From contig CAVPVX010000010.1 in NCBI GenBank assembly GCA_963709345.1, forward strand, positions 64,001 to 128,000: DNA of 64,000 nt, in the 5' to 3' direction. Positions 50,035 to 59,734 of the stretch are shown here, one piece after another; position 1 is the first letter of the stretch, and each line of letters begins with the position of its first letter. The translations under genes and the position numbers were made by a program. The stretch is from an uncultured Actinomycetes bacterium (GTDB taxonomy: Bacteria > Actinomycetota > Thermoleophilia > UBA2241). The notes beneath the pieces were generated by a model. It made no database searches. It saw only the letters and a program-made list of their open reading frames with translations, and was not told the origin of the DNA.

Positions 50035-51235
50035 GCCCATGAACCCGGCATTCGCCGCCAAGCTTGGGCGGCGCAAGACCGGCCGGCGAGCGGACGGCGC
50101 GCCAGAATCGGGTCCGGAGGCGACCGACAGGCGTGCTTGCGTGCTGGTCGTCGACGACGAGCCGGAGATCACTCGTTCGGTGGCTGAGTTGCTCGAGCGC
50201 GACTACCGTGTGCTCACGGCCAACTCCGCCGACGAGGCTCTCGGGCTGCTCGGGACGAATCCCGTCTCGGTGATCCTTACGGACCAGCGCATGCCCGGCG
50301 GCAGCGGGGCGGAGTTGCTCGCCCACTCGCTGGACATCGCCCCCGAGACGACGCGCATCCTGTTCACCGGCTACTCGGACATCAGCGCCGTGATCGAGGC
50401 GGTCAACGAGGGCCAAGTGTACCGGTACGTCACCAAGCCGTGGCGACCGGAAGAGCTGCTGGCGGTCGTGGACCAGGGTCTCGAGCGCTACAGTCTGGTG
50501 GTCGAGAACCGACGCCTGCTCGAGGAGCTCTCACAGGCCAACGCGGACCTGGAGATCGCCAATCGCAATCTCCAGCAGTTCGTCTACTCTATGTCGCATG
50601 ACCTGCGCTCGCCGCTGCGCGCTCTCGACGGTTTCAGCCTGGCCATTCTGGAAGACTACGCCGATTGTCTCGACGACACCGGGGCCGACTACCTGAAGCG
50701 CATCCGGGCCGCCAGCCAGCGGATGGCGGAACTGTTCGACGCTCAGCTGGCGCTGGCGCGAACGGGATACCGGGAGGTGGAGATCACCGACGTCGACGTC
50801 ACTGAGCTTGCGCGACGCCTGGTCGAGAGGCAGAAGAGCGCCGATGCGTCGCGCTCCGTCAAGTTCAGCGTCGCCGACGGCATGACCGCCCGCTCCGACG
50901 CGGTGGTGGCCGGGCTGGTGCTGGAGCGGCTCCTCGACAACGCCTGGAAGTTCACGTCCAAGCAGACTGAGGCGCACGTAAACGTAGGCTGCGAGGACAG
51001 GGACGGAGAGAACGCTTTCTTCGTGCGCGACGACGGCGTCGGCTTCGAAGATGCGTACGCGCACAAGCTCTTTGCGCCGTTCGAGCGGCTCCACACAGCG
51101 GAGGAGTTCGTCGGCACCGGTATCGGGCTGGCGAGCGTCCGTCGCCTTCTGGAGCGTGTCGGCGGGCGGTGTTGGGCGGAGGGCCGGCCCGGCGAAGGGG
51201 CGGTCGTGTGGTTCACTCTCGAGGGCGATGACTGA
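50024..51235 (+). CDS. Hybrid receiver-histidine kinase
   Basis: REC domain (VVDDE, TDQRMP, KPW), SHDLRSPL, LLDNAWKF, GTGIGL. Confidence 0.9.
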   Translation: MVAEPMNPAFAAKLGRRKTGRRADGAPESGPEATDRRACVLVVDDEPEITRSVAELLERDYRVLTANSADEALGLLGTNPVSVILTDQRMPGGSGAELLAHSLDIAPETTRILFTGYSDISAVIEAVNEGQVYRYVTKPWRPEELLAVVDQGLERYSLVVENRRLLEELSQANADLEIANRNLQQFVYSMSHDLRSPLRALDGFSLAILEDYADCLDDTGADYLKRIRAASQRMAELFDAQLALARTGYREVEITDVDVTELARRLVERQKSADASRSVKFSVADGMTARSDAVVAGLVLERLLDNAWKFTSKQTEAHVNVGCEDRDGENAFFVRDDGVGFEDAYAHKLFAPFERLHTAEEFVGTGIGLASVRRLLERVGGRCWAEGRPGEGAVVWFTLEGDD

Positions 51236-52395
51236 TGTCTGCCGCCGGCGCAACGACGCTCAACCCCGCCTTCGCCGCCAAGCTCGAGCAGCGCAGGGCA
51301 GAGCGGCGCCCGGATGGCCCGGCCGCGCGGCGTCCGGAGGCGTCCGACCGGCGCCCGTGCGTGCTGGTCGTCGACGACGAGCTTGAAATCACGCGTTCGG
51401 TGGCTGAGTTGCTCGAACGCGACTACGACGTGCTCACGGCCAATTCCGCCGACGAGGCGCTGACGTTGCTCGAGGACAATGAGGTCGCCGTGGTCCTCAC
51501 CGACCAGCGCATGCCCGGCGGCAGCGGCTCCGAGCTGCTCGCCCGCTCGCTGGACATCGCCCCCGAGACGACGCGCATCCTCTTCACCGGCTACTCGGAC
51601 ATCAGCGCCGTGATCGAGGCGGTCAACGAGGGCCAGGTGTACCGGTACGTCACCAAGCCGTGGCTGCCGGAGGAATTGCAGGGGGTGCTGCACCAAGGCC
51701 TCGAGCGCTACCGGCTCGTGGTCGAGAACCACCGTCTGCTCGAGGAGCTCACGACGGCGAACGAGGACCTGGAGCGCAGGGTCGAGGAGAGGACCAGCAA
51801 GCTGCGCGAGCAGAACGAGGCTCTCCGGCGCGCGCGCCAGCGCATCGAAGAGCTGTCACGACGAGACTCGCTCACGGGTCTCACCAACCGGCGCTGGCTG
51901 GACGAGGTATTCCGCGTCGAAGTGGAGCGCAGCAAGAGGTACGACGCGCCGCTCTCGGTGGTCATGGTCGATCTGGATCACTTCAAGGCGGTCAACGATT
52001 CGTTCGGCCACACGGTGGGTGACCAGGTCCTGAGGTCGGCGGCGGACGCGCTCGCGGGTGCGGCACGGATGACCGATGTGGTCGGCCGCTACGGGGGCGA
52101 GGAGTTCTTGGCGCTCCTCCCCAACACGCGTATCGAGCAGGCACGGGTGCTGGCCGAGCGCCTGCGCGCTGCGCTGCGCGAGATGCCCGTCGCCTTCCGC
52201 CCGGAGCCGGTGACGGCCAGCTTCGGCGTGGCTCAGTGGGCTCCGGGAGATTCACCGACTGACGTCGTCGACCGTGCCGACGAGGCTTTGTATGAAGCCA
52301 AGCACGCCGGCCGCGATCGCGTCGTCAGTCGCGACGCCGAGCGGGCCGGACGATCCGATCGTGAAGGCCGGGATGAGGGGAGCGACGATGGGTGA
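51235..52395 (+). CDS. REC-GGDEF diguanylate cyclase
   Basis: REC domain, coiled coil, DSLTGL, DHFKAVND, RYGGEEF. Confidence 0.92.
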   Translation: MSAAGATTLNPAFAAKLEQRRAERRPDGPAARRPEASDRRPCVLVVDDELEITRSVAELLERDYDVLTANSADEALTLLEDNEVAVVLTDQRMPGGSGSELLARSLDIAPETTRILFTGYSDISAVIEAVNEGQVYRYVTKPWLPEELQGVLHQGLERYRLVVENHRLLEELTTANEDLERRVEERTSKLREQNEALRRARQRIEELSRRDSLTGLTNRRWLDEVFRVEVERSKRYDAPLSVVMVDLDHFKAVNDSFGHTVGDQVLRSAADALAGAARMTDVVGRYGGEEFLALLPNTRIEQARVLAERLRAALREMPVAFRPEPVTASFGVAQWAPGDSPTDVVDRADEALYEAKHAGRDRVVSRDAERAGRSDREGRDEGSDDG

Positions 52396-52789
52396 CGTGA
52401 CACTGGACGATGTTCTCAGAGACAACCACGACGCGATACTCGCGGCCGCGCAGGCGCGCATGCGCGGCGACGAGACGATGGGCAAGGTGGCGGCGCAGCG
52501 GGAACTCACCGAGAGTGATCTCTCGAGCCAGGTACTCGGCTTCTGGCTGCAGGGCATCCGCAGCGACGTGACGCTCGGGTCTACGGTGACCATGGCTCAG
52601 AATCTCCAGTGGCTGTCACACCTGCGCAGCGGGCACGAGCTGCCCTTCGACGACCAGATGGTCCAGGGGATGTTCGACGACATCTCCGAAGAGATCGAGG
52701 CGCATCTCGACTCCGCTGAGCTGCGCAGGGAGTGGGAGACGTACAGGGCACAGGTCGCGTGCCTCATCGGCGACGCCTTTCCCCAGTGA
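52388..52789 (+). CDS. Hypothetical all-helical protein, possibly globin-like
   Basis: Overlaps the upstream stop, has an RBS and normal codon bias; fold is a guess. Confidence 0.6.
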   Translation: MGDVTLDDVLRDNHDAILAAAQARMRGDETMGKVAAQRELTESDLSSQVLGFWLQGIRSDVTLGSTVTMAQNLQWLSHLRSGHELPFDDQMVQGMFDDISEEIEAHLDSAELRREWETYRAQVACLIGDAFPQ

Positions 52790-52802
52790 TCGGAGGCCGG
52801 GA

Positions 52803-53435
52803 ATGAAACTCCAGGAGTACGTGGACCACCTGCTCGCCGGTGAGGACGACGCCTGTGTGGCTGAGGGCAAGCAGCGTGCCGGCGACCTCGACGGCCTGCA
52901 CGCGCTGTACGTCGAGGTCATCCAGCCGTCGCAGTATCGTGTCGGCGAGCTCTGGGAGAGCGGTCGCATCTCGGTCGCGGCCGAGCACCTCGCCACGGCC
53001 ACCAACAGCTTTGTTGCCAGCACCTGCTACGCGCCGCTGGCGCGGGCGACGAGCGGCGGCCCCAAGGCATTCGTCGCTTGCACACCCGAGGAGATGCACG
53101 AGCTCGGCGCGCGGCTGTTCGCCGACCTGCTTGAGTGCGACGGCTGGGACGTCGACTTCTACGGGACGTCCATGCCCGTGCGCGACCTGATCGGCGCCAT
53201 CCGGGAGCGCAAGCCGCGCTTCGTCGGGCTCTCGGCTGCACTGGTGATGCACCTCGGGAGCGTCAAGCGCACCATCACGGCCATCCGTGACGCGCTCGGC
53301 GTCGAGACGCCGCCGATCGTCGTCGGCGGCAATGCCTTCAGCGCCGACCCCGACCTGTGGAAGCAGGTGGGCGCCGACCTCTACGCGGCCGACGCCTCGA
53401 CCGCGGTCGAGATGCTGCGTGGCCTCAAGGAGTGA
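52803..53435 (+). CDS. Stand-alone cobalamin-binding domain protein (CarH/AerR-like, no HTH)
   Basis: W-x9-EH motif (WESGRISVAAEH), EMHELG, VGLSA, VVGG. Confidence 0.88.
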   Translation: MKLQEYVDHLLAGEDDACVAEGKQRAGDLDGLHALYVEVIQPSQYRVGELWESGRISVAAEHLATATNSFVASTCYAPLARATSGGPKAFVACTPEEMHELGARLFADLLECDGWDVDFYGTSMPVRDLIGAIRERKPRFVGLSAALVMHLGSVKRTITAIRDALGVETPPIVVGGNAFSADPDLWKQVGADLYAADASTAVEMLRGLKE

Positions 53436-53467
53436 TCGGTCGGCTGCCGGGTGGGTCCGGCGACCCG

Positions 53468-54820
53468 CTACCGCGCCAGCTCCACACGATTTCGGCCGCC
53501 CTCCTTGGCGCGGTAGAGGGCCTCGTCCGCCAGCTTGATGAGGCCGTCCTCCTGTGCGACGTTCTGGCTCGGATAGGCGGCCCCGCCGCCGCTGAGCGTG
53601 ACGCGCACGGTCTTCTCGCCGTCGGCGACGGAACTGTCTTCGACGGCCTTGCGCAGCCGCTCGCCCATGTGCCGCAGATCCGCGGTGGATGCCGCCGGCA
53701 TCACCGCGAGGAGCTCCTCACCGCCGTAGCGCAGGAGCACGTCTCCCTCACGCAGTGATGAACGGACGATCGCGCACACCGATTTGAGGACCCTGTCGCC
53801 GACGAGGTGCCCGTAGGTGTCGTTCACGACCTTGAAGTGGTCGATGTCGAGCATGAGCACGCCGAGGGGGGAGGTCATGCGCACGGCGCGGCCGAACTCC
53901 TCGTGCAGCCTCCCCAGGCCGAAGCGCCGGTTGTAGATGCCCGTGAGCGGGTCGAGGGCGGCGAGATTCTGCAGGCGGTCGTGGGCGATGGCGTTGTTGA
54001 GCGCCAGTCCGAAACCCTGGATGAAGAGGTCGATGAGGTCGCTCTGATCGGCGGTGAAGGCACGTGGGCCGGCGAGCACGACGACGCCGAGCGGAACGCT
54101 CTTGTACCTGACGGGGTGGACGCGTACCTCGGCCGGGCGGAAGTCCGCGACGACGCCCTCGAGGAGCACATCCTCGGGGATCATGATCGTCTGGGAGCGG
54201 CCGCTGCGCACGGCGTCGTCGACGTGGCCACTCGCCGCGACTGCTGCCGCGTCGCGCAGCCCGCGCGAGGCGGCCACGTTCAGCTCGCCGGCCGCCTCGT
54301 AGAGGATCAATCCTCCGGCAGCCCCGGTGTGTTCGAAGAACTGGCGAAGCGCCTCTTCGGCCAGCGTCTCGATCTCCAGCTGGCTGGTCATCATCTCCGA
54401 GAAGGCACGCACCGCTCCCTGGGTCCTCATCGACGCCGACAGGGCCTCCACGAGCCGGTTGAAGGCAAGCGCGCTCTCGCCGATCTCGTCCTCGGAGTCG
54501 ACGACGATCTCGCAGGCCTCAGGCGTGCAGGCGGACACGTCTCCGCTCGAAGTCATGCCTTCCAGGCTCTGCTCCACGTGGGTCATGCGTTCGGCCAGGG
54601 TTCGCAGACGCTTGCCGACGACGCGGCGCGAGATGGCGTAGTTCACGACGCCGGCCAAGGCTCCGGCGAAGAGGCACGCGGCGAAGAACAGCGGCGTCAG
54701 CGCGGTCTCCTGCGGCACCCCGAGCAGCATGACGAAGAAGGGGAACGCAAGCCCGATGCAGAGGCCGAAGCCGATCTGCCAGATTGCGAGGTCGTGGAAG
54801 ACCTTGCGAGTGATGCGCAT
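53468..54820 (-). CDS. Membrane diguanylate cyclase (2 TM, HAMP, GAF, GGDEF)
   Basis: DEIG HAMP motif, DPLTG, I-site-like REGD, RYGGEEL; ends in TAG. Confidence 0.88.
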   Translation of the reverse strand: MRITRKVFHDLAIWQIGFGLCIGLAFPFFVMLLGVPQETALTPLFFAACLFAGALAGVVNYAISRRVVGKRLRTLAERMTHVEQSLEGMTSSGDVSACTPEACEIVVDSEDEIGESALAFNRLVEALSASMRTQGAVRAFSEMMTSQLEIETLAEEALRQFFEHTGAAGGLILYEAAGELNVAASRGLRDAAAVAASGHVDDAVRSGRSQTIMIPEDVLLEGVVADFRPAEVRVHPVRYKSVPLGVVVLAGPRAFTADQSDLIDLFIQGFGLALNNAIAHDRLQNLAALDPLTGIYNRRFGLGRLHEEFGRAVRMTSPLGVLMLDIDHFKVVNDTYGHLVGDRVLKSVCAIVRSSLREGDVLLRYGGEELLAVMPAASTADLRHMGERLRKAVEDSSVADGEKTVRVTLSGGGAAYPSQNVAQEDGLIKLADEALYRAKEGGRNRVELAR

Positions 54821-55016
54821 CGGGCGCCTCCCAGGTTGCGGCCGCGGTCACGTGCACTGTACCCACGCCGCCGCGCGGTATTCCACGTCGTGATGACGGC
54901 GACAGGGCCGGCGATACGGCCCCTCATCATTCTCCGGGGCCGGCCTGCTATCCTTGCGGCGGGCGGGGCCCGGAGGGCCGCTCCCGCCCCACGCGCCGTC
55001 GTCAACGGGAGACCAC

Positions 55017-56252
55017 ATGCCCGACCAGCCATACGAAGACGTCCAGATCGAGGGCCACCTCATCGACTCTCTCATGATGCCGCAGACGATGGACGAGATC
55101 ATGGACCTCGAGGGCGAGTACGAGGTACTGACCTTCGACGTTGGGCGCGTGAAGGATGACCCGTCTCACGCCGTGCTGCGGATCTTCGGCCGCGACGCCG
55201 CTCACCTGGACGAGCTGCTCAGGGCGGTCACGAAGTTCGGCATGTGCGCCTTGCAGCCCCACGATGCCGTGCTCGAGGCCGCCGACATCGACGGCGTCTT
55301 CCCCGACACCTTCTATTCCACCACCAACCTCGACACCTTCGTCCGCGTGGCCGGAGACTGGGTGCGGGTGCAGCATCCCGAGATGGACTGCGGCATCCGC
55401 GTGGACGAGGCGGCCGGCGCGGCCGAGACGGTGGTGATGAGCGACGTGCGGGCCGGCGACCGCTTCGTCACCGGCCATCGCGGCATCCGCGTGCTGCCGC
55501 TGGCGCGGCCACGTGAGAGCCAGCCGTTCGAGTTCATGGCCTCGGCGGTCAGCAGCGAGAAGCCCAAGGCGCAGATCGTCCACGAGGTCGCGCACATCCT
55601 CCGGCAGGTCAAGGAGGAGGGGCGGCTCACCATAGCCGTGGTCGGGCCGGCGGTCGTGCACACGGGGGCGGCGCCGAGCCTCGCCCGCCTCATCGAGGCG
55701 GGCTACATCGGCGCGGTCTTCGGCGGGAATGCCGTGGCCACCCACGACGTCGAGTCGAGCCTGTTCGGCACCTCCCTGGGCATCAACCTCAAGGAGGGGA
55801 CGCCGGTGCCCGGCGGCCACGAGCACCACCTGCGCGCCATCAACACCATCCGGCGCGCCGGGAGCATACGGGCCGCCGTCGACCAGGGCATCCTGACCGG
55901 CGGCCTCATGTACACGCTCACGAAGACCGGCACGCCCTTCGTCCTCGCGGGGAGCATCCGCGACGACGGCCCGATGCCCGAGGTGGTCACCGACGTCATG
56001 CAGGCGCAGCACGAGATGCGGCGCTACGCGCAGCAGGCCGGCGCCTGCCTCATGCTGAGCACGATGCTGCACAGCATAGCCGTAGGCAACATGCTGCCGG
56101 CCAGCGTGCGCACCGTCTGCGCCGACATCAACCCCGCGGTCGTGACGAAGCTGGCCGACCGTGGTTCCTTCCAGGCCATCGGCATCGTCACCGATGTCGG
56201 CCTGTTCGTGGAGCAACTCGCCGACGAGCTGGACGGCGCCGGCGGCCGATGA
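55017..56252 (+). CDS. TIGR00300 family protein (AgrE/ArgZ C-terminal-like, probable ornithine cyclodeaminase)
   Basis: GHLIDS, FYSTTN, EMDC, FEFMASAVSSEKP, GNAVATHD, LAGSIRDDGP, TKLADRG. Confidence 0.85.
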   Translation: MPDQPYEDVQIEGHLIDSLMMPQTMDEIMDLEGEYEVLTFDVGRVKDDPSHAVLRIFGRDAAHLDELLRAVTKFGMCALQPHDAVLEAADIDGVFPDTFYSTTNLDTFVRVAGDWVRVQHPEMDCGIRVDEAAGAAETVVMSDVRAGDRFVTGHRGIRVLPLARPRESQPFEFMASAVSSEKPKAQIVHEVAHILRQVKEEGRLTIAVVGPAVVHTGAAPSLARLIEAGYIGAVFGGNAVATHDVESSLFGTSLGINLKEGTPVPGGHEHHLRAINTIRRAGSIRAAVDQGILTGGLMYTLTKTGTPFVLAGSIRDDGPMPEVVTDVMQAQHEMRRYAQQAGACLMLSTMLHSIAVGNMLPASVRTVCADINPAVVTKLADRGSFQAIGIVTDVGLFVEQLADELDGAGGR

Positions 56253-56741
56253 AGCCGACACGCCGGCCGCCGCACGCGGACGGGGCGGCGGGAAGCCCTT
56301 CCGGGCCGCCGACAACGGCCCGGTGCCGGCGAGCGTCCCGTCTATGCCTGCCGCCGCGACCGCTTCGGAGTGCACGGACAGCTCCGCGCCGTCCGCGAGC
56401 GCGTCGGCCACGGTGCCGTCGCACGTCCTCGCTTCCAGCGTCGCGGGGCTCTCCGCGCCGCCGCCTTCCTCTTCGCTTCCGCAGGTGGTGACGGCGACCG
56501 CGGAGCCGAGCACGAGCACGGCGATGAAGACGAGCCAGTGCACCACCCCTCGCGATTCCTTCATGCCGACCTTCGCTCTCTGGCTTTCCCTGGCCGTTGC
56601 GTGGCGCTACTTGCCGCACCAGGAAGGGAGCCCATCGGGCGGTTGTGAGGGTTCGGTGAGCGCTCGGTCAGCGGATGGCGGAGCTTCGGTGAGGGCGCTG
56701 CGAAGAAGACGCCGGGGTGGCGGCGGAGCCGGCCCGCGGGT

Positions 56742-57164
56742 TCAGGGCAGCTCAGGCAAGCCATCCTCGCCGATGGTCCAGAAGGGGTTGAAGGCGACTT
56801 CCCAGGCGTGGCCGTCCGGATCCGCGAAGTACCCGGAGTAGCCACCCCAGAACCGGTCCCGGGCCGGCCGCAGCAGCGTCTCGCCGGCCCGTGCCGCCTC
56901 GTCCAGACACTCGTCGACGAGCTCGCGGCTCTCGACGTTCATCGCCAGGGTCGCACGGATGGAGCCGGGAGCCGCCGCCGGCTGCCCGGCCTCATCGGCG
57001 AGGCCCTCAAGCGCGTCGAGCGCCAGCCGCGACCCGGCGGTGCGGAAGAAGGCGACCTGGTCCTCCGGCTCGCCGCTGAGCGGCCAGCCGAGCGCCCGGT
57101 AGAAGGCTCGCGCTCTGGGTACGTCTGCAACGCCCAGAGTGATCACGCTGATCCGTGCCCGCAT
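56742..57164 (-). CDS. VOC/glyoxalase family protein
   Basis: ITLGVADV..ARAFY and FWGGYSGYFADPDGHAWE. Confidence 0.9.
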   Translation of the reverse strand: MRARISVITLGVADVPRARAFYRALGWPLSGEPEDQVAFFRTAGSRLALDALEGLADEAGQPAAAPGSIRATLAMNVESRELVDECLDEAARAGETLLRPARDRFWGGYSGYFADPDGHAWEVAFNPFWTIGEDGLPELP

Positions 57165-57334
57165 GGCTCTCGCTCCTTGTTCGCACGGTCGGGCGGCGAG
57201 ACCGGCCGCCACCACCCGACCGTCTGTCCAACCGTACTCCGCGATTTCCCCCATCCGACAGGCGTCGTGGCCGGCCTCGTGGATATACTCCAAGTGATGC
57301 ACTTCCACAGTCCGCGACCTCATCGAGGGACACT

Positions 57335-58546
57335 ATGAAGCCACGTCTCATCCGCGACAACGTCCATCTCATCGGCAGCGTCGATTGGGACCGCCGCCTC
57401 TTCGATGCGCTCATTCCGCTGCCCGACGGCACCAGCTACAACTCGTACTTCGTCGTCGGCAGCGAGAAGAACGCGCTGATCGACACCGTCGACCCGGCCA
57501 AGTGGCCGGAGCTCTCCGCCCAGCTCGACGAGCTGCCGGCGCCGGACTACCTCGTGATCCATCACGTCGAGCAGGACCACTCGGGCTCGACGCCGATGCT
57601 CCTCGAGCGCTTCCCGGACCTCACGATCGTCTGCAACCAGAAGGCGAAGGGCATGCTCATCGACCACCTGCACGTGGACGACGCCCGCTTCCACGTGGTC
57701 GCCGACGGCGACGAGCTCTCGCTCGGCGACAAGACGCTGAAGTTCCTGTTCACGCCGTGGGTCCACTGGCCCGAGACGATGAGCACGTGGCTGGCCGAGA
57801 GCAAGATGCTCTTCAGCTGCGACTTCTTCGGCTCGCACTACGCCACCAGCGACGTCTTTGCCGACAAGCACGAGGTGTACGACGGCGCCAAGCGCTACTA
57901 CGCCGAGATCATGATGCCGTTCGGCGCCCAGGTGCTCAAGAACATCGACAAGGTCACGCAGTATCCCATCGAGATCGTCGCGCCGAGCCACGGCCCCGTG
58001 TACGACGACCCCGGCTTCATCATCGAGGCGTACCGCGACTGGGCGGGCGGAGAGCCGCAGAACATCGTCTGCCTCCCGTACGTGACCATGCACGACAGCA
58101 CGCGGCTGATGGTGGACCATCTCACGGCCGCGCTCACCGATCGCAGCGTCTCCGTAGAGCGCTTCGACCTCACCACGCTCGATGCCGGCGAGCTCGCCAG
58201 CTCGCTGGTCCACGCCGGCACCATCGTGATCGGCACGCCGACGGTGCTCACCGGGCCGCACCCGCTGGCGATGTACGCGGCCGCGCTGGCGAACGCCCTG
58301 CGGCCGCGCGCCAAGTTCGCGACGGTGGTCGGCTCGTACGGCTGGGCCGGCAAGACCGTCGAGACGCTGGTGGGGATGATGCCCAAGCTCAAGCTCGAGT
58401 ACCTCGAGCCGGTACTCGCCAAGGGCATGCCTCGGGCTGGGGACTACGCGCGCCTCGACGCGCTCGCGGACACCATTGCCGAGAAGCACAAGGACTTGGC
58501 GCCGCGTAACTTCGCCGACCTCACCGTTTGTCGCACCGACTTCTGA
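57335..58546 (+). CDS. fprA: Flavodiiron protein (A-type flavoprotein)
   Basis: GTSYNSY, HVEQDHSG, VHWPE, CDFFG, PSHG, flavodoxin motif GSYGW. Confidence 0.92.
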   Translation: MKPRLIRDNVHLIGSVDWDRRLFDALIPLPDGTSYNSYFVVGSEKNALIDTVDPAKWPELSAQLDELPAPDYLVIHHVEQDHSGSTPMLLERFPDLTIVCNQKAKGMLIDHLHVDDARFHVVADGDELSLGDKTLKFLFTPWVHWPETMSTWLAESKMLFSCDFFGSHYATSDVFADKHEVYDGAKRYYAEIMMPFGAQVLKNIDKVTQYPIEIVAPSHGPVYDDPGFIIEAYRDWAGGEPQNIVCLPYVTMHDSTRLMVDHLTAALTDRSVSVERFDLTTLDAGELASSLVHAGTIVIGTPTVLTGPHPLAMYAAALANALRPRAKFATVVGSYGWAGKTVETLVGMMPKLKLEYLEPVLAKGMPRAGDYARLDALADTIAEKHKDLAPRNFADLTVCRTDF

Positions 58547-58575
58547 CGGGCGGCGGCGGCAGCTGACGGATCGCA

Positions 58576-58612
58576 GAGGGGCGCGCCGGCCGAAGAGCTC
58601 GGCGCGCCTCTT
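58576..58612 (+). terminator. GC-rich hairpin after fprA
   Basis: GAGGGGCGCGCCG pairs with CGGCGCGCCTCTT. Confidence 0.55.
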
Positions 58613-58669
58613 CATGCTGTGGTCTGCCTGCCGGGACGGAATGGCCGAGTAGTCTAGTAGAGTATCCGC

Positions 58670-59539
58670 ATGCTCACCGTCGCATCCGGTCTCGCGTCGG
58701 CTCTTGGCTACGCCGTCCACGACTACCTGCTCGTACGCATCGTCCGCGCGGCCTCTCTGTGGACGGCGCTCCTGTGGGTGATGCTGGTCGGTGTCGCGAT
58801 ACTGCTGCCGCTCGCGCTCGTCATCGACGGGCTGCCCAGCGGCGACGAGCAGTGGCGCGCAGCCGGGTTTGCGGCGGCCAGCGGCGTGCTCGAGTTCCTG
58901 GGGCTGGGCGCGCTCCTCAAGGGGCTGGCCACTGGCGATCTCTCGGTTGTCACGCCCCTGGGGTCGCTTGCCGGCGGGTTCGCCGCAGTGGCCGCCATCG
59001 CGCTCGGCGAGACATTGCCGCCGATCGCCTGGATCGGACTCCCGCTGGCGGTCGCCGGCGGGTTGTTGGCCTCGATCGAGCGCGCGCCGGAGAGCGCCTT
59101 GGGTGTGCGGCGCCGGACCCGGGCCACGGCCGGCGCCGGCTGGGCGCTGCTCTCCGCTGTCCTGTTCGCGGGCGCGCTTCTCTTCTTCGCCGAGGCCACG
59201 GCGCTGCCGCCCGTCTCTCTCGCCGCGGTCGGAAAAGTCGCCACCTGCTTCATCGTCGTTCCGGTGGCCCTGTTCACGGGCGGCCTTGTGCTGCCGCGCG
59301 AGTTCCGCCGGCGGGCGACCGTCGCCGGCGTGGTCGACGCCGGCGCGTTCGTCGCACTGGCGCTCGCGGTCAGCCTGGGGCCGGTGGCGATCGCAGCCGT
59401 CACTGTTGCCCAGGCCGGGACCTGGGCGGTCGTTATCGGGCTCGTCGTGCTGCACGAGCGACTGAGCCGGGTTCAGTTGGTGGGCGTCGTCCTCACGTGC
59501 GTGGCCGTCACGATGCTGGCCGCGGCGGGGCTCGAGTAG
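58670..59539 (+). CDS. EamA family transporter
   Basis: About 10 TM segments, LGETL, LHERLS; leaderless TAGAGT-6nt-ATG; ends in TAG. Confidence 0.85.
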   Translation: MLTVASGLASALGYAVHDYLLVRIVRAASLWTALLWVMLVGVAILLPLALVIDGLPSGDEQWRAAGFAAASGVLEFLGLGALLKGLATGDLSVVTPLGSLAGGFAAVAAIALGETLPPIAWIGLPLAVAGGLLASIERAPESALGVRRRTRATAGAGWALLSAVLFAGALLFFAEATALPPVSLAAVGKVATCFIVVPVALFTGGLVLPREFRRRATVAGVVDAGAFVALALAVSLGPVAIAAVTVAQAGTWAVVIGLVVLHERLSRVQLVGVVLTCVAVTMLAAAGLE

Positions 59540-59720
59540 CGGCTCCGCCCGGGCGCATCCGGCCGGCGACGCTCGGCACGTCACGCTCCCGCGGGTAGCC
59601 CTCTGCTGTCTCCACGAGCCCGGCGCGCTCGAGCGGCCATCCGTGTCCGGGGTACACGACGTCGACGTCGAGCATGCGCAAGACCTCAACCGTCCCCAGG
59701 CAGGCCGTCTCGCTCGAGCC
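59508..59720 (-). pseudogene. Possible C-terminal remnant of a metallo-beta-lactamase-fold hydrolase
   Basis: LRMLDVDVVYPGHGWPL with no HxHxDH-containing N-terminus. Confidence 0.4.
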
Positions 59721-59734
59721 GGGCCGCGGCCGCC

